The notes beneath the pieces were generated by a model. That model was not told where the DNA came from and did not search any database. It saw nothing but the letters and a program-made list of their open reading frames with translations. A stretch of 64,000 nucleotides of DNA. It comes from Octopus bimaculoides. Its lineage: Eukaryota. Below, in pieces: positions 26,570 to 38,471 of this stretch; the stretch's first letter is position 1; each line of letters starts with the position of its first letter. Location of the stretch: assembly GCF_001194135.2 (NCBI RefSeq), contig NC_068986.1, positions 81,706,996-81,770,995 of the forward strand, written 5' to 3'. Position numbers and translations under genes: made by a program.

Positions 26570-27260
26570 GGTCTTGGCTAGGTGTTGAATTGCAGCTACC
26601 CAAGGCTGTGAAACTTTGGCTAATAGTCATACTTTGGCAATCTCTTCCCCCACTTCCATGTGGTCAACTATCAAAGACATTCTTGTGGTGCAAACGCATT
26701 ACAGCCAACTTATGGTTCCTTACTGTTTCTTTCTTGTATCATTTTGTTGATCAGTAGCTGCTTTATATAATGCCACACTTGGCTCTTTTCCTCTGTTGAT
26801 GCCACAGTAATCTTGTAAAACATTTTGAGGTACCTAGTGCATATTTTATACGTCATGTTCTGAATCTCTATTGATTTTTGTGGTTAGGCAATTTTTTGAA
26901 ATAGCAAGACATACCTAACATGCACCTGATTCTCTTTTGCTACTGTATTATCACTTCTCTCCAGAATAAGGCAAGATTTTGTAATCAATACTCTGTTATA
27001 AAGTCTAGACCGAGAAATTTTCTATTCTGTCATACTCTTTGATTGTTTTAAATACAGCTCCATAAATTTCCTATTGTTTCTGTTCTGTTTGTTTGTAGAA
27101 GTCCTGCCCTAGTTCTTCCACATATGCAGACTGCTTCTTGAATTTATTTCTTTTCCACATCGACTTCCAATAACTTTCAACTTACTCTTTTGATGGGGTA
27201 ACTTTACTGGAGATAGTAATGTTGAAGCTACACCAGATTGATATAGGATCTCTGGCAAAC
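26570..27260 (-). mobile_element. Degraded R4/Dong-clade LINE, RT N-terminal region
   Basis: Minus frames PSKE*VESYWKSMW, QLLINKMIQE, KNVFDS*PH match Dong-type PSKEEVEKFW, DQLLINKMI, KKAFDSVPH. Confidence 0.6.
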
Positions 27261-27654
27261 AGTCTCTTCAGTATTTGGAAGTGTATGCTTTCCTATATGT
27301 TTGTGTGTGTGGATAAATAGCCAACTGGTTAAACAGTTTGCTTTGAAGTTATGAGGTTCTGGATTTGATGCCACTGTACTGCATATTGGGTGTGAAATTA
27401 GTTGAGTCTATCTAATGGAAACCTATTTCATGGACTGTACCTGTAATTCAATGGGTCAACTTAATCATACAGTCTATAAGAGAATTACATTAATGTACGG
27501 GTGTTTGTGGGATACTCAGCCACTTTTACTATAGTGTAATGAGAAGGTAATTAATTGAACAACTGGAAAATTCATTATTAAAACTGACATAAAGATCCAT
27601 TCACTTCAAGTTTCTTTATACATACATTTGCATATATGGTTGTATGTGTGTGTG

Positions 27655-27703
<49 letters not shown>

Positions 27704-27971
27704 TGCATGCATGAATGGGTATCTGTATGGTTGTATACATGCAGGAGGATGTGTATATAGATGTTGTGTGTGTGTGAGATCATCCTGAAATGCAACAATA
27801 TATCAGGTCTTTAAGAATGAAGTGTCTGATTTTGAACTGAAAGTTTATTTTACTTTATCTCAGCAAAAAGCAATGCAGTTAATTAAAGTGCACCTAAATT
27901 ATCAACACAATTTTGTCATTATGTACATTATTTATAATTGACGGATATTCGTCTTCATCTTGTTTGTTGTT

Positions 27972-28017
27972 AACACAACGTTTTGGCTGATACACCCTCC
28001 AGCCTTCATCAGGTGTC
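27972..28017 (-). ncRNA. Minimal type I hammerhead ribozyme motif, G12->A variant (probably inactive)
   Basis: Reverse complement reads GACAC-CUGAUGA-A-GGCUG...CAGCC-AAAA-CG-UU-GUGUU with palindromic AACGUU in the stem III position. Confidence 0.65.
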
Positions 28018-28282
28018 TTGGGGAAATTTTGAACCTGAGTTCTAATTCCTAAGGTATTTTTCGATGTTGTTGTTATTATTATTATTCAGGTCACTGCCTG
28101 GAATCAATCTCGGAATTTTGGGGTTAGTAGCCCGCACTCTTAACACCATATGGCGTAGTGGTTAAGAGCGCGGGCTACTAACCCCAAGATTCCAAGTTCG
28201 ATTCCAGGCAGTGACCTGAATAAAAATAATAACTTAAAAAAATACCTTAGGAATGAGAACCCAAGTTCAAAATTTCCCCCAA

Positions 28283-28328
28283 GACACCTGATGAAGGCTG
28301 GAGGGTGTATCAGCCAAAATGTTGTGTT
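28283..28328 (+). ncRNA. Minimal type I hammerhead ribozyme motif, G12->A variant (probably inactive)
   Basis: GACAC-CUGAUGA-A-GGCUG(10-nt loop)CAGCC-AAAA-UG-UU-GUGUU: stems I and II pair, core GAAA reads AAAA. Confidence 0.65.
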
Positions 28329-30179
28329 AACAACAAATAAGATGACGACAAATATCCATCAATTGTAAATATTGTAAATAATGTACATAATTCCTCATCT
28401 CTTAAATATAGAACTGTACAATTTTATCATCTTATTGGTGGCTTATTTATGCCAGCAGTGAAGAATTCTGGAGTGCAAGAGGTGATGAAATCACGAAACG
28501 GTGTTTTTGCATCTGCTTCAGATTTGAAATTTTTGCCTTGCAACAAGTTGTCTAATGCCTGGAAAACATGATAGTCAGTTGGTGCAAGGTCTGGTGAATA
28601 TGCTGGCTGACAGAATACTTCCAAGTTCAGTTCCTGTAACTCGAGTAGCATTCTTTGTGCAACATGTAGTCAAGCATTGTCTTGCAAGAGAATTGGCCTG
28701 TCTTTGTTGACCAATCTCCGTTGATTAATTGGAAGTTCACTCATCATTTCATCCAATTGGTTGATGTATACATCCGCTGTAATTGACTTACCAGGTCACA
28801 GGAAGCTGTAGTGAATAACACCATTAGCTTTTTTTTCTTTTTTTGGTGAATATTCTTTTTTGGATTCTGTTTTGGCACTTCATCTATCCAACCACTCTGT
28901 AGAACACTTGCAATTGTTGAAAAGAATCCATTTTTCATCACATGTAACAATACAATGCAAAAATGGTTCTTTTTTTATGCCGTGACAGCAAAGAACAGCA
29001 AGTTTCAAGATGATGTGTCATTCGATGCTCATTCAGTTCATGTGGTACCGACTTGTCCAGCTTCTTTATCTTGCCAATTTGTTTCAAATGGTCCAATACA
29101 GTTGGAATCGAAACATCAAACCTTGCTGCTAACTCACGTGTAGTTCGAGATGTATCTGCTTCCACTACAGTTTCCAGCTCATCATTATCCACTTTGGTCT
29201 CAGGTCTACCGTGGGGCTGATTTTCAAGAGTAAAGTCACCAAACAACAGGAATTTTTAATCTATCCATGGGTTCACAAAAATTGATTTACAAGAGAAAAC
29301 CCACAATATAATCAGACACAATGAATTGCATTTCGAACAGTGATGATGGAATTCTTCATTGGTGTAAAATAAAGAATTGTCAGGATAAAACATTAGAGTT
29401 AACAACCAACTGTCAGACTTGGTGCATAAGAAAATTGGACATTTCATTCTTAATGACTGGATATATATATATATCTCACAGTAAGCACATGAATGTGAAA
29501 CAAGTTGGAAAAAAATAGTACTTAAATACTGGAGGTAGAGTAATATGCNNNNNNNNNNNNNNNNNNNNNNNNNNNNNNNNNNNNNNNNNNNNNNNNNNNN
29601 NNNNNNNNNNNNNNNNNNNNNNNNNNNNNNNNNNNNNNNNNNNNNNNNNNNNNNNNNNNNNNNNNNNNNNNNNNNNNNNNNNNNNNNNNNNNNNNNNNNN
29701 NNNNNNNNNNNNNNNNNNNNNNNNNNNNNNNNNNNNNNNNNNNNNNNNNNNNNNNNNNNNNNNNNNNNNNNNNNNNNNNNNNNNNNNNNNNNNNNNNNNN
29801 NNNNNNNNNNNNNNNNNNNNNNNNNNNNNNNNNNNNNNNNNNNNNNNNNNNNNNNNNNNNNNNNNNNNNNNNNNNNNNNNNNNNNNNNNNNNNNNNNNNN
29901 NNNNNNNNNNNNNNNNNNNNNNNNNNNNNNNNNNNNNNNNNNNNNNNNNNNNNNNNNNNNNNNNNNNNNNNNNNNNNNNNNNNNNNNNNNNNNNNNNNNN
30001 NNNNNNNNNNNNNNNNNNNNNNNNNNNNNNNNNNNNNNNNNNNNNNNNNNNNNNNNNNNNNNNNNNNNNNNNNNNNNNNNNNNNNNNNNNNNNNNNNNNN
30101 NNNNNNNNNNNNNNNNNNNATCGTTGGCATTTTTTTTCCCCTCCGTCTTCCTTTTCTCCTGGACTTTCCTCCATCTCCT

Positions 30180-30214
30180 GTTTCTGATGAAGAGCTTTGC
30201 TTGAAATGTAAAAC
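30180..30214 (+). ncRNA. Minimal hammerhead ribozyme motif in a Penelope-like terminal repeat fragment
   Basis: GUUU-CUGAUGA-A-GAGC(UUU)GCUU-GAAA-UG-UA-AAAC: core intact, stem I 4 bp, stem II 4 bp with a G.U closing pair. Confidence 0.6.
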
Positions 30215-31381
30215 TACTTTTCTTTCCTTCCCTGAGCATCTGCTAATACTTTGCATGTACCATGTCCTCGCATCGTTGTTCTTTACTTGTGCTTTTCCTC
30301 GTTTTTGGGGGGGATGCCTGTGCATGTTCAAAGATGTGTGTGTGTATGTATCTATATCTATATATCTGACTATATATGTATGTATGTATGTATGTGTGTG
30401 TGTGTGTGTGTGTGTATTTATATGTATGTATCAGTGTGTGGTGGTTTCTATGTCTTTTTGTATAATCATCATATACATCATTGTGTAAGTATGCATGGAG
30501 CAGGTGTGTGTTTGTGTTTAGCTTGACTGACAAGTTAAAGTGTTGTGTATAACTTCATATTATTTCATAATTTATCTTGTTTAACTTTCTGATACTAGGT
30601 GTGAAGAAATGCTTCAGCACTGTAGAGCCCAGTTTAATTAAGTGTTTATCCAGTAACTTATGTTGCTTCCAAGGTTAATTTAATAACCTTATTGTAAATA
30701 ACGGAACTCTGCAAATATAGAACTATACAAATATGTGCATTGAAAATAACTGCATTAGGTTTTCTGTGGTAGTTACACACATGCACACACAGACATATAC
30801 ACGTGCAGTTGCTTTGATACACACAACACAAACATATAACATATGTACATGCAACACAGACATAACACTCTTGCATGTGTGCACATACATGCACAGACGC
30901 ACATTCTTTCATTCTATCCTTTGCACATACACCACACACAAATACTTATTATCTCTCTCTCTCTCTGTCTTCATCCTATAGTAATTTAGTTTTAATTAAT
31001 GTCAAAATAGTCCATCTGTAATAATCGTCCTGTATGTAAAATATAGCTTCTCTCCTACCACTTTATTTATCATCTACATGTACATTGTCATTGCTGTAAT
31101 TGACTGAAAGACCGGCAGAGCAGCATCAGATTAGCCATGTGACCCCAATTAAGGACCAGAACTATTGCAGTGGAGCTTCTAACTAGTCTCAAGTATTGAC
31201 TGAACTCTGAAAACATTTTGAGTGAAGATCATAACAGTTTAACTGCAGTGAACATAGTGTTGTAAACACCGAGTTTGATCCTTGTCAAATATTGTACAGT
31301 CAATTGCTGACACAGTCATCATATAGTGCATATGTAGAATAGTGTGTGTGTATATGCATACTGCATACATAGACCTCCTAA

Positions 31382-31419
<38 letters not shown>

Positions 31420-31729
31420 AGAGAGAGAGAGAGAGAAAGAAATATTTGGTTTTGTACTTTATTACATTAATTTACCTGTCAACATTTGTGTGGACACTTG
31501 ATAGAAATGATGTAATGGTGCTATTCTTACTCTCATCCTTGTCATCATTACCATCACCACTGCTGCTGTTACCACCACCATCATAACCATCTCCACTACC
31601 ATCGCCATCATCAACCCTGCAACCACTATAATTATCTCCATAACCATCATTGTGGCTGTAATCACCACCACCACCACTACATGGAAGAGGCAGTAAATAA
31701 AAAAGTAAGATTGGTACTTCATCAGTTAC

Positions 31730-32030
31730 AATGATGAGAGTTCCAGTTGATCTGATAAACAGAACAGCCTGCTTGGGAAATTAACTTGCAAGTGGCTGAG
31801 CACCACACAGACTCACCCTTAACATAGTTCTCAGAGATTCAGCATGACATAGAATGTGAGAAGGCTGGCCTTTTAAAATCCAAACAAAACTCATTTTTTT
31901 CCAGTTAAGTGAACTAGAGCATTGTGAAATAAAGTGTCTTGCTCAAGGACACAATGCACTGCTTGGAATCAAACTTACAACCTTATGACCATGAGGTAAA
32001 TATCCCTAACCACTAAGCCATGCACCTTCA
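31730..32030 (-). mobile_element. SINE family C tail plus tRNA-like head with CORE-like segment
   Basis: aagtgtcttgctcaaggacacaa resembles the CORE-SINE motif aagtgacttgcccaaggtcacaca; ctaaccactaagccatgc is a reversed A box. Confidence 0.65.
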
Positions 32031-32129
32031 AGAGTTAGTAACTGAATACCTAAAGGATCAATACTGTTTTAATAGGATTTTCTAGGTTGATTGGAATTAA
32101 CCATTGAGCTTTATGTCATCAGTTGTTGA

Positions 32130-32990
32130 TATTTAGGTGTAAACTGGAGAATATAGCAGTTTTTGTATGTAAGAAATTACCATAAGTATAATGATTGGAA
32201 GACTGTCACTAATGTCTAAGAATGGAGAAACATCCTGAAAACTTAATAATTTGTGGGTGTTATTCAGGCAAGGCTAACATAATCAAGTGTAACGAACAGT
32301 AGCATAATTAAAACTGGGAGTGTTAGACTAGAATTGTTAGAGTATTAGAAAAACTGTAATCTTTGTTCCAACTATTTGTGGTCAGTCTTTATGGGGAAGT
32401 CCCTTAAGGTCTTGTAATTCCCATTTTCTAATTCAGCCTCTGGTTCATATTCAGACCACTTTTCTGTTTGGAAGCCACACACTTGGCTAACATCCCAATG
32501 CACTCTTTTGCTTTCACAGTCATGCCTGCACTTATACTCCTTTTGTGCTAGTATACTGCATTCACACAAAATGTGATTAATAGTAATAATAATGATGATG
32601 ATGGCAGTGGTAGCATCAGAGCGGTGAAGTGGAAGTATCATAAGATCATTGTAAATATTGATTGGAAGCATTTAGTGTTGGTTTTTTTAACCTGCCGAAG
32701 TCAAGTTTACTGTTCATTCCACTGGGGGCTGATTTAGTAGATTACCAGCCAAATATTATGTTATTGGCTAATCCACCTCTCTCTTCAAAAATTGTTGGCC
32801 TCACACCTAAATCAGAAACAATTAAGATCATTAGGGTGGTGAATTTGCAGAATCACTAAAGCATCTAATAGAATGCCTTGAGTTATTTCTTCCAGCTCTT
32901 TACATTCCAAGTTTAAATCCTGCATTTCATATTTTACTTGGTTTATAAGGTAAAGTACCATTCCATTATTGGGGCTGAGGTAATCAACTA
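32130..32990 (-). mobile_element. Degraded R4/Dong-clade LINE, C-terminal CCHC knuckle and restriction-like endonuclease region
   Basis: NHILCECSILAQKEYKCRHDCESKRVHW...KWSEYEPEAELENGNYKTLRDFPIKTDHK matches HIVSGCPxLAQKEYKRRHD..VHW...KWYEHxPE.V.EN...KILWDF.I.TD. Confidence 0.75.
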
Positions 32991-35900
32991 ACAATCCTTA
33001 ACATTAAAAAGCAAAACTACAAAAAAAAAAAATGCTGACTTTGTGCATAAATTAGAAACATTATCATTAAATTGAAATATGTAATGTTTTTTGCTATTGT
33101 TGTTGTTGTTGTTGATGATGATAATAATTCGTTTATTTTCTAATCAATAAAGGGAAAAGAGATTGAAAAGCCTTGGAGGTTCTTTAAGATTGTAAAATGA
33201 GTTTGATAGCAATGTAATTAATGTTGTTAATCACACCAAAAGATTATATTTTCATGTCATCCAAGAATTCTTAGAGTTCCCTGGTGATATCATTGCTTTC
33301 ATATTGGTTTCTTATGATCTGATTGATTACCAATTATGTAATATTTACTTTAGATGAAATCTGAACTTGAAGTTCAATTTGGTTACAATTTAGTTGATAT
33401 TGGAATATTCTGTGAGAAACCAGGCATTTAAAACAATCTACTGTACTCACACAATGGAAAGATTGTAATAGTTTGAGAAGAAACATTTTAACTAAATCAT
33501 TCTCAAGTGGTTATTTCAATTATACTTTATTTGATATTGATTAATTATAGGCTAAGCCAAGATTAACAGTCTACCACTTGAAGTATGTGTCATCTGTTTG
33601 ATAAATTAAAATCTGAAAATCTGAGTTACGGTTGTAGGGTGGATGCTGATTGTATAACAAAGGAAGTTATATAATTATGCTTTCGAAACTCAAATTAATA
33701 CACCATCATATATGGACAGTTGTATTGCTGTGTTTTGAATATTTACATTAAGTGGTTGCTAAATAATGTTGAAGAATCTTATCAGATAAGTTGGTAAAGT
33801 ATTATGATAACTAGGAAATGAACACTGCTTGCGGAAATGCACTGAGTTAAAAAACAAAAAAACCCATACATCTCTGATCTTCGCAGAATATCCTGTACAA
33901 AGTTTCAAACCACATCTATAGTAGATTACATGTGGAATCACTCATATATTTTAAGATGTTGCATTGATTTTATGGTTAAAAATGTGATAGTTTATCCAGA
34001 AATNNNNNNNNNNAAAAAAAAAAACAACTACTTAATGAAGATTAGAACATATTGTTTCTATCAGGGATCCTTCAACAAGAAAGATTTTAAGGAAATATAA
34101 ATCTAAAAAGAAGCAATAATTAGTATTGTTATCATGACTTATAGATCCAATGCTTAATTAATGAAACTGAATTTTTTTTAATATATATTTTTAGTTATTT
34201 TTGTCAGGGCCAGAGTTCCCTTTCATTGTTTCAAAGCTAAAAGTATAATACCAGTTAAGTACTGGGTTGATGTAATCAGCTAAATCTTTTTCAGTAAATC
34301 GTTGGTATTGTGCCAAAATTAGAAATAATATTTAGATACTTATTCTTTAAGTCGTGAAGTTGAGACAGCTTCTGAGAGTTATATTGGATTTTATGATCAG
34401 TAAGATACATTTCTGAAAGCATCTTCTGAGTTTTGTAGTTATAGCTCCAGCATATATATATATATATTCTCTTGTATTATATTGTGAAAACTTGAAATAT
34501 ATAGTTTTGCAACTACTTATGGAAAAAGGGGAAAAAATATCTTTTGAGATTTTCAGGAAATTGATTATGATAAAAGGGAAGAATACATAGAATCTTATTT
34601 GTTGCTGTTGATTTCCCACGAGAACCAAAGTAAAAAAGATTTCCAGCAAATCTAAATATTCTGTAGACTTATAGATTTATACTGGGGTGGAATGTGTCAA
34701 GTTTTCTGTTTTCCTTTTAGTAATTGTTACAAAAGGATCAATAATACACTAATGGAAACAGTATTTTTCTGTAAATTCCATAGTTTTGACTAAGAATTCT
34801 TCTTTTTATCATTGCTGTCATCACCATCATCATTATCACTGCAATTATCATCATCACTAGCACCATTGTATCATATTTCCTTTATTATTAGCATTACTTT
34901 AATCATATTTGTTCAGCTATATTTCCTTGCTGTGCCCACTGTAATAATATTCCATGAACCAAAGAGAAGGAACCTCTATGTAGATACTTGACCTGCTACA
35001 AATAGCCCCAAATATTTCCAGAATCACTTCCTACTGTCTTTGGCCATGTGTAGCCTTTTATATATGAAAAACTAGATAGTCTTGGCGTGAATACCTTGAA
35101 TCATAGGTCTGCTAGATCAGAACTGACTGAGCTCTAAGTTACAACTACAATGACATGTGATCCAGTTATTCAGGCAAATATTAAAATATATAAAACAACT
35201 CATCCATGGTATCGTGTACATCTCATGATTGTGTTACTATCATGAGATGGTAGCAGTGCGGAGATTCAATAACTTCCACTCAATAAGTATTCTGTGGAAT
35301 AGGAAAATAAATATATGCTTTCCGTTATTGAAGCAGCAATCTGAATAGTGGCTGTTTCTTTTCAAAATTTCTATCCTTTTGTTGTTACTGACTGTTATAG
35401 CTGACTGATATGACATCTAAACAAGTCATATCAGTAATGTGAGAGAGTTGTCTGGAAGTTTTGACATACCTTTTCTTACAAGTTTAAATAACTCATTTAC
35501 TCTGTTTGCTAAATGGATGAAACCTTTCTGACCAAGTCAACTTATGTGACACTAATGATAATGTTAGGGCTATAATCCTTATCACATGAGTTGTTGTGCA
35601 TCACTTGTTGTCATGTTAGGGTTGTCAGATGAATACATAGTGAAAATTTAATCTCCAATGAAGGTTAGAAATTACATTTGAGATACTCTACAGTTTGATC
35701 TTGATTATAAGCTAGAACTGCAGAGGATGTGCAGGATGTCAACAGCATATTGAGTTGGTTCTCAATAGCTTACAATAAATGGCAATATTTAAATTTTGGA
35801 AATGAAGGCTGCTGTTGCTGAGTCAACTGAACTATGTACAACCATTAGAAATATTCTTCCTACACTATCACTACGGCCCTCATCAACCACAATTGACTAT

Positions 35901-36386
35901 GAATCTACATCTGCATGCACAAGTCTGGCCAATATTTTTTCCCTTCCTTCCTATGTGTGTGTATCAGTTATCTGTGCATATCTCTCCTCCTCACAACACA
36001 TCCAGTGTTGTTCAAAGGAAAAGCTTTGCAGAGATACAACTATAGCTTCGTACCAGTGTTGCCGCAGGCATTGCCATCAGAACATGGAGAGTTAGTACAG
36101 ATACAGCAAATCATTTAGTCTGAAATTCTAACAGTTCCACCAATTCACTATGCTGGATCAGCACACTTTTATTGACCTACAGTAGTTTTACCTGTAATAC
36201 AATATTTATAAATGTCAAACAGCAAACCTGACATGCTTTGGCTAACAACTAAAGGGGATAATTATTGTCAAACTAACAGTTTGGCTATTTGTTATTTCAT
36301 CTGTTCACTGTTGTAACCTGCATGAATGAACAGGCAGGAATGAAAGGGTCATAGTGTGAGGCTTCATGTAGCAGTGACCATAGCAG

Positions 36387-36626
36387 TCATCATCATCATC
36401 ATCATAATCATCATACGTCCACTTTCCATACTGGCATGGGTTGGGCGGTTTGACTGAGGACTGGAGAGCCAGATGGCTGCACCAGGCTCCAATCTGATCT
36501 GGCAGAGTTTCTACAGCTGGATGCCCTTCCCAATGCCAATCACTCCAAGAGTGTAGTGGGTGCTTTTACGTGCCACTGGCACAAGGGCCAGTCAGGCAGT
36601 ACTGGCGATAGCCACGCTCAAATGGT
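36387..36626 (-). mobile_element. RTE 3'-tail fragment
   Basis: Same family as 24289-24541. Confidence 0.85.
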
Positions 36627-37594
36627 AATTGTGACAAATACCCAGATATAGATAGGCAACTGTATATCACTGCCAGTTACATTAAAATTACAGTTATCAT
36701 TATTTAACATTGTCACATCACCAAATGCTGGATATTTGGATTTGGTTTTGTCACATCCTTGGTGATAACGTTTGTTAATTCCTCTCCAAGTTTTCTGTGA
36801 GTGTAAAATGAACATTTAGTTTTTTTTTTTTGATGGAATATGGTGAACATAGCTAGCTGTATTAATGGCTTCAATGTACCAGAGTATAGCTATATATAAC
36901 GTTTATTATTAAAAAGATATTTTCAATGTCTATGCTAATATTTTTTTCTTCTTACTAACTCTACTATAGCAATAACCTGGTGAAGACTTTCGACTTTTTC
37001 TACCTCGCCAGTTAATTTCTTTCTTTTTCTACAGAACCAAATGTCATCTCATAGTAACTGCATTCTTTCTTCTATATAATTAGACAATTTTATTTTAACC
37101 ACTTCATGTGGGTGAGTCGCATTGAGTTTTAAGTTAACAGCGCTGTCTATTACTGTATTTTCCTGACTTACTTTCACTGCCAGCATATTGTCTGTTAATT
37201 CACTGGAATCTTTCAAAGAATGATTTATTGAAGATGAATTAAATAAATTTTTGTTTATTTCATCATGGTTCATTACAACCTGAAGATGTTCGTTTTTCTC
37301 TTTAAAACTTTCTTTTCATGATTTCCTCCCATAATTCAATATTTACCACTCATCTTCAAATAGTCATTCACTGTTTCTTTTTCAGATTTTCTTAAATACA
37401 TTTAATTTCTATAGAAATTCAGTAACAACTATCACCGCCACCACCACCATCACCATCATCATTTGTTATTATATCTTAGAATATTTTTAACTATTGATTC
37501 ACAGATTTGAGAATTTTTGTTGGAATCCTGTTGTGCCAGCTTCAACTATAAAATTGTTTTGTAAGAATCTTTAGACATAGCTTATAAGTGTAGG

Positions 37595-38285
37595 TATAGT
37601 AGTGTGGTTAAGAAGCTTGTTTTGCAACCAAGTGGTTTGGGGCTCAATCTCACTGCATGGCTTCCTTGAGTAAATGTTTTCTACTATTGCCCCAAGCCAA
37701 CCAATGCCATGTGAGTGAATTTGTAGACAAAAACTGTGTGGAAACCCATCATATTTGTGTATTTGTGTTTGTCCCCTACCACCATTTGACAGCTGGAGTT
37801 GGTTTCTTTGTGCCTCTTTAGTTTGGCAGCCTGGCAAAAGAGAGCAATAGAATAAATACCAGACTTAAAAAGAAAAGCAGGGCCTGTAACATAGAAAGCC
37901 CATAGATAAAAAGAATGCTCTGCCAATGACATGGTTCTGGGTTCAATCCCACCATGTAGTACCTTAGACAAATGTTGCCTCAGGCCCACCAAAGCCTTGT
38001 GAATGAATTTGGTAGACAGAAACTGAAAAAAGCCCATTGTGTGTGTGTGTGTGTGTGTTCATCGCTGTGTTTGTTCCCTACCATTGCTTGCCAACTGGAA
38101 GTACTGGGGTTAATTTGTTCAAATAAAATTATTCAAAGTGGTGGCCCAGTATGGCCAGTCTAATGACTGAAACAAGTAAAAAATAAACAAAAATAAGTGT
38201 TGAGGTTTGATTTATTTGACTAAAACTGTTCAAAGCAGTGCTCCAGCATGGCCATGGTCCGCTGACTAAAAAAATGAAAGATAAA
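37595..38285 (+). mobile_element. Two tandem SINE family A copies
   Basis: Heads at ~37595 and ~37910; tail catggccatggtccgctgact at ~38250. Confidence 0.75.
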
Positions 38286-38389
38286 AGAAGTTTCAGTCTA
38301 GTAGTTAGAATAGGTGCTAATTTAGGTCTCCATATTGTCCTTTCTTTTTAAACATTGATTTATTCATGTCATGTACTGAAAAAAAACTC

Positions 38390-38421
<32 letters not shown>

Positions 38422-38439
38422 TGCGTGTGTGCGTGTGTG

Positions 38440-38471
<32 letters not shown>

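Larger units (their letters stand above)
27920..28418. mobile_element. Head-to-head dimer of a tRNA-derived SINE (family D) forming a ~500-bp inverted repeat
   Basis: Right arm starts tggcgtagtggttaagagcgcgggctactaaccccaagattccaagttcgattcc (A and B boxes); left arm is its reverse complement; centre ccatatgg at 28146-28153; flanks caattttgtcat (27908-27919) and caattttatcat (28419-28430). Confidence 0.9.
27801..29463 (-). mobile_element. Mariner (DD34D) transposon with both TIRs, internal deletion of the N-terminal HTH, frameshifts, and a SINE palindrome inserted near its C-terminus
   Basis: Motifs GRPETKVDNDEL, VPHEL, IVTCDEKW, LLQDNA, YSPDLAPTDYHVF; TIRs atcaggtctttaagaatgaagtgtctgatttt (27802-27833) and the reverse complement at 29431-29463, flanked by TA; start MDRLKI at 29268. 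Confidence 0.92.

Noticed and set aside
29256-30331. Long ORFs spanning N runs (also 26245-26557, 59082-59685)
   Set aside because: Artefacts of untranslatable gaps.
26570-32990. Idea that the two minus-strand R4/Dong remnants are one interrupted element
   Set aside because: Domain order is reversed (the C-terminal part lies upstream on the minus strand), so they are separate insertions.
35796-36118. Cluster of overlapping ORFs in slightly GC-richer DNA
   Set aside because: Only a faint resemblance to a Gypsy integrase zinc-binding region on the minus strand; too weak to call.
37035-37117. Plus-strand exon candidate between ttctttttctacAG and GTGAGT
   Set aside because: Stops in all three frames; the shorter 28-nt alternative has no support.
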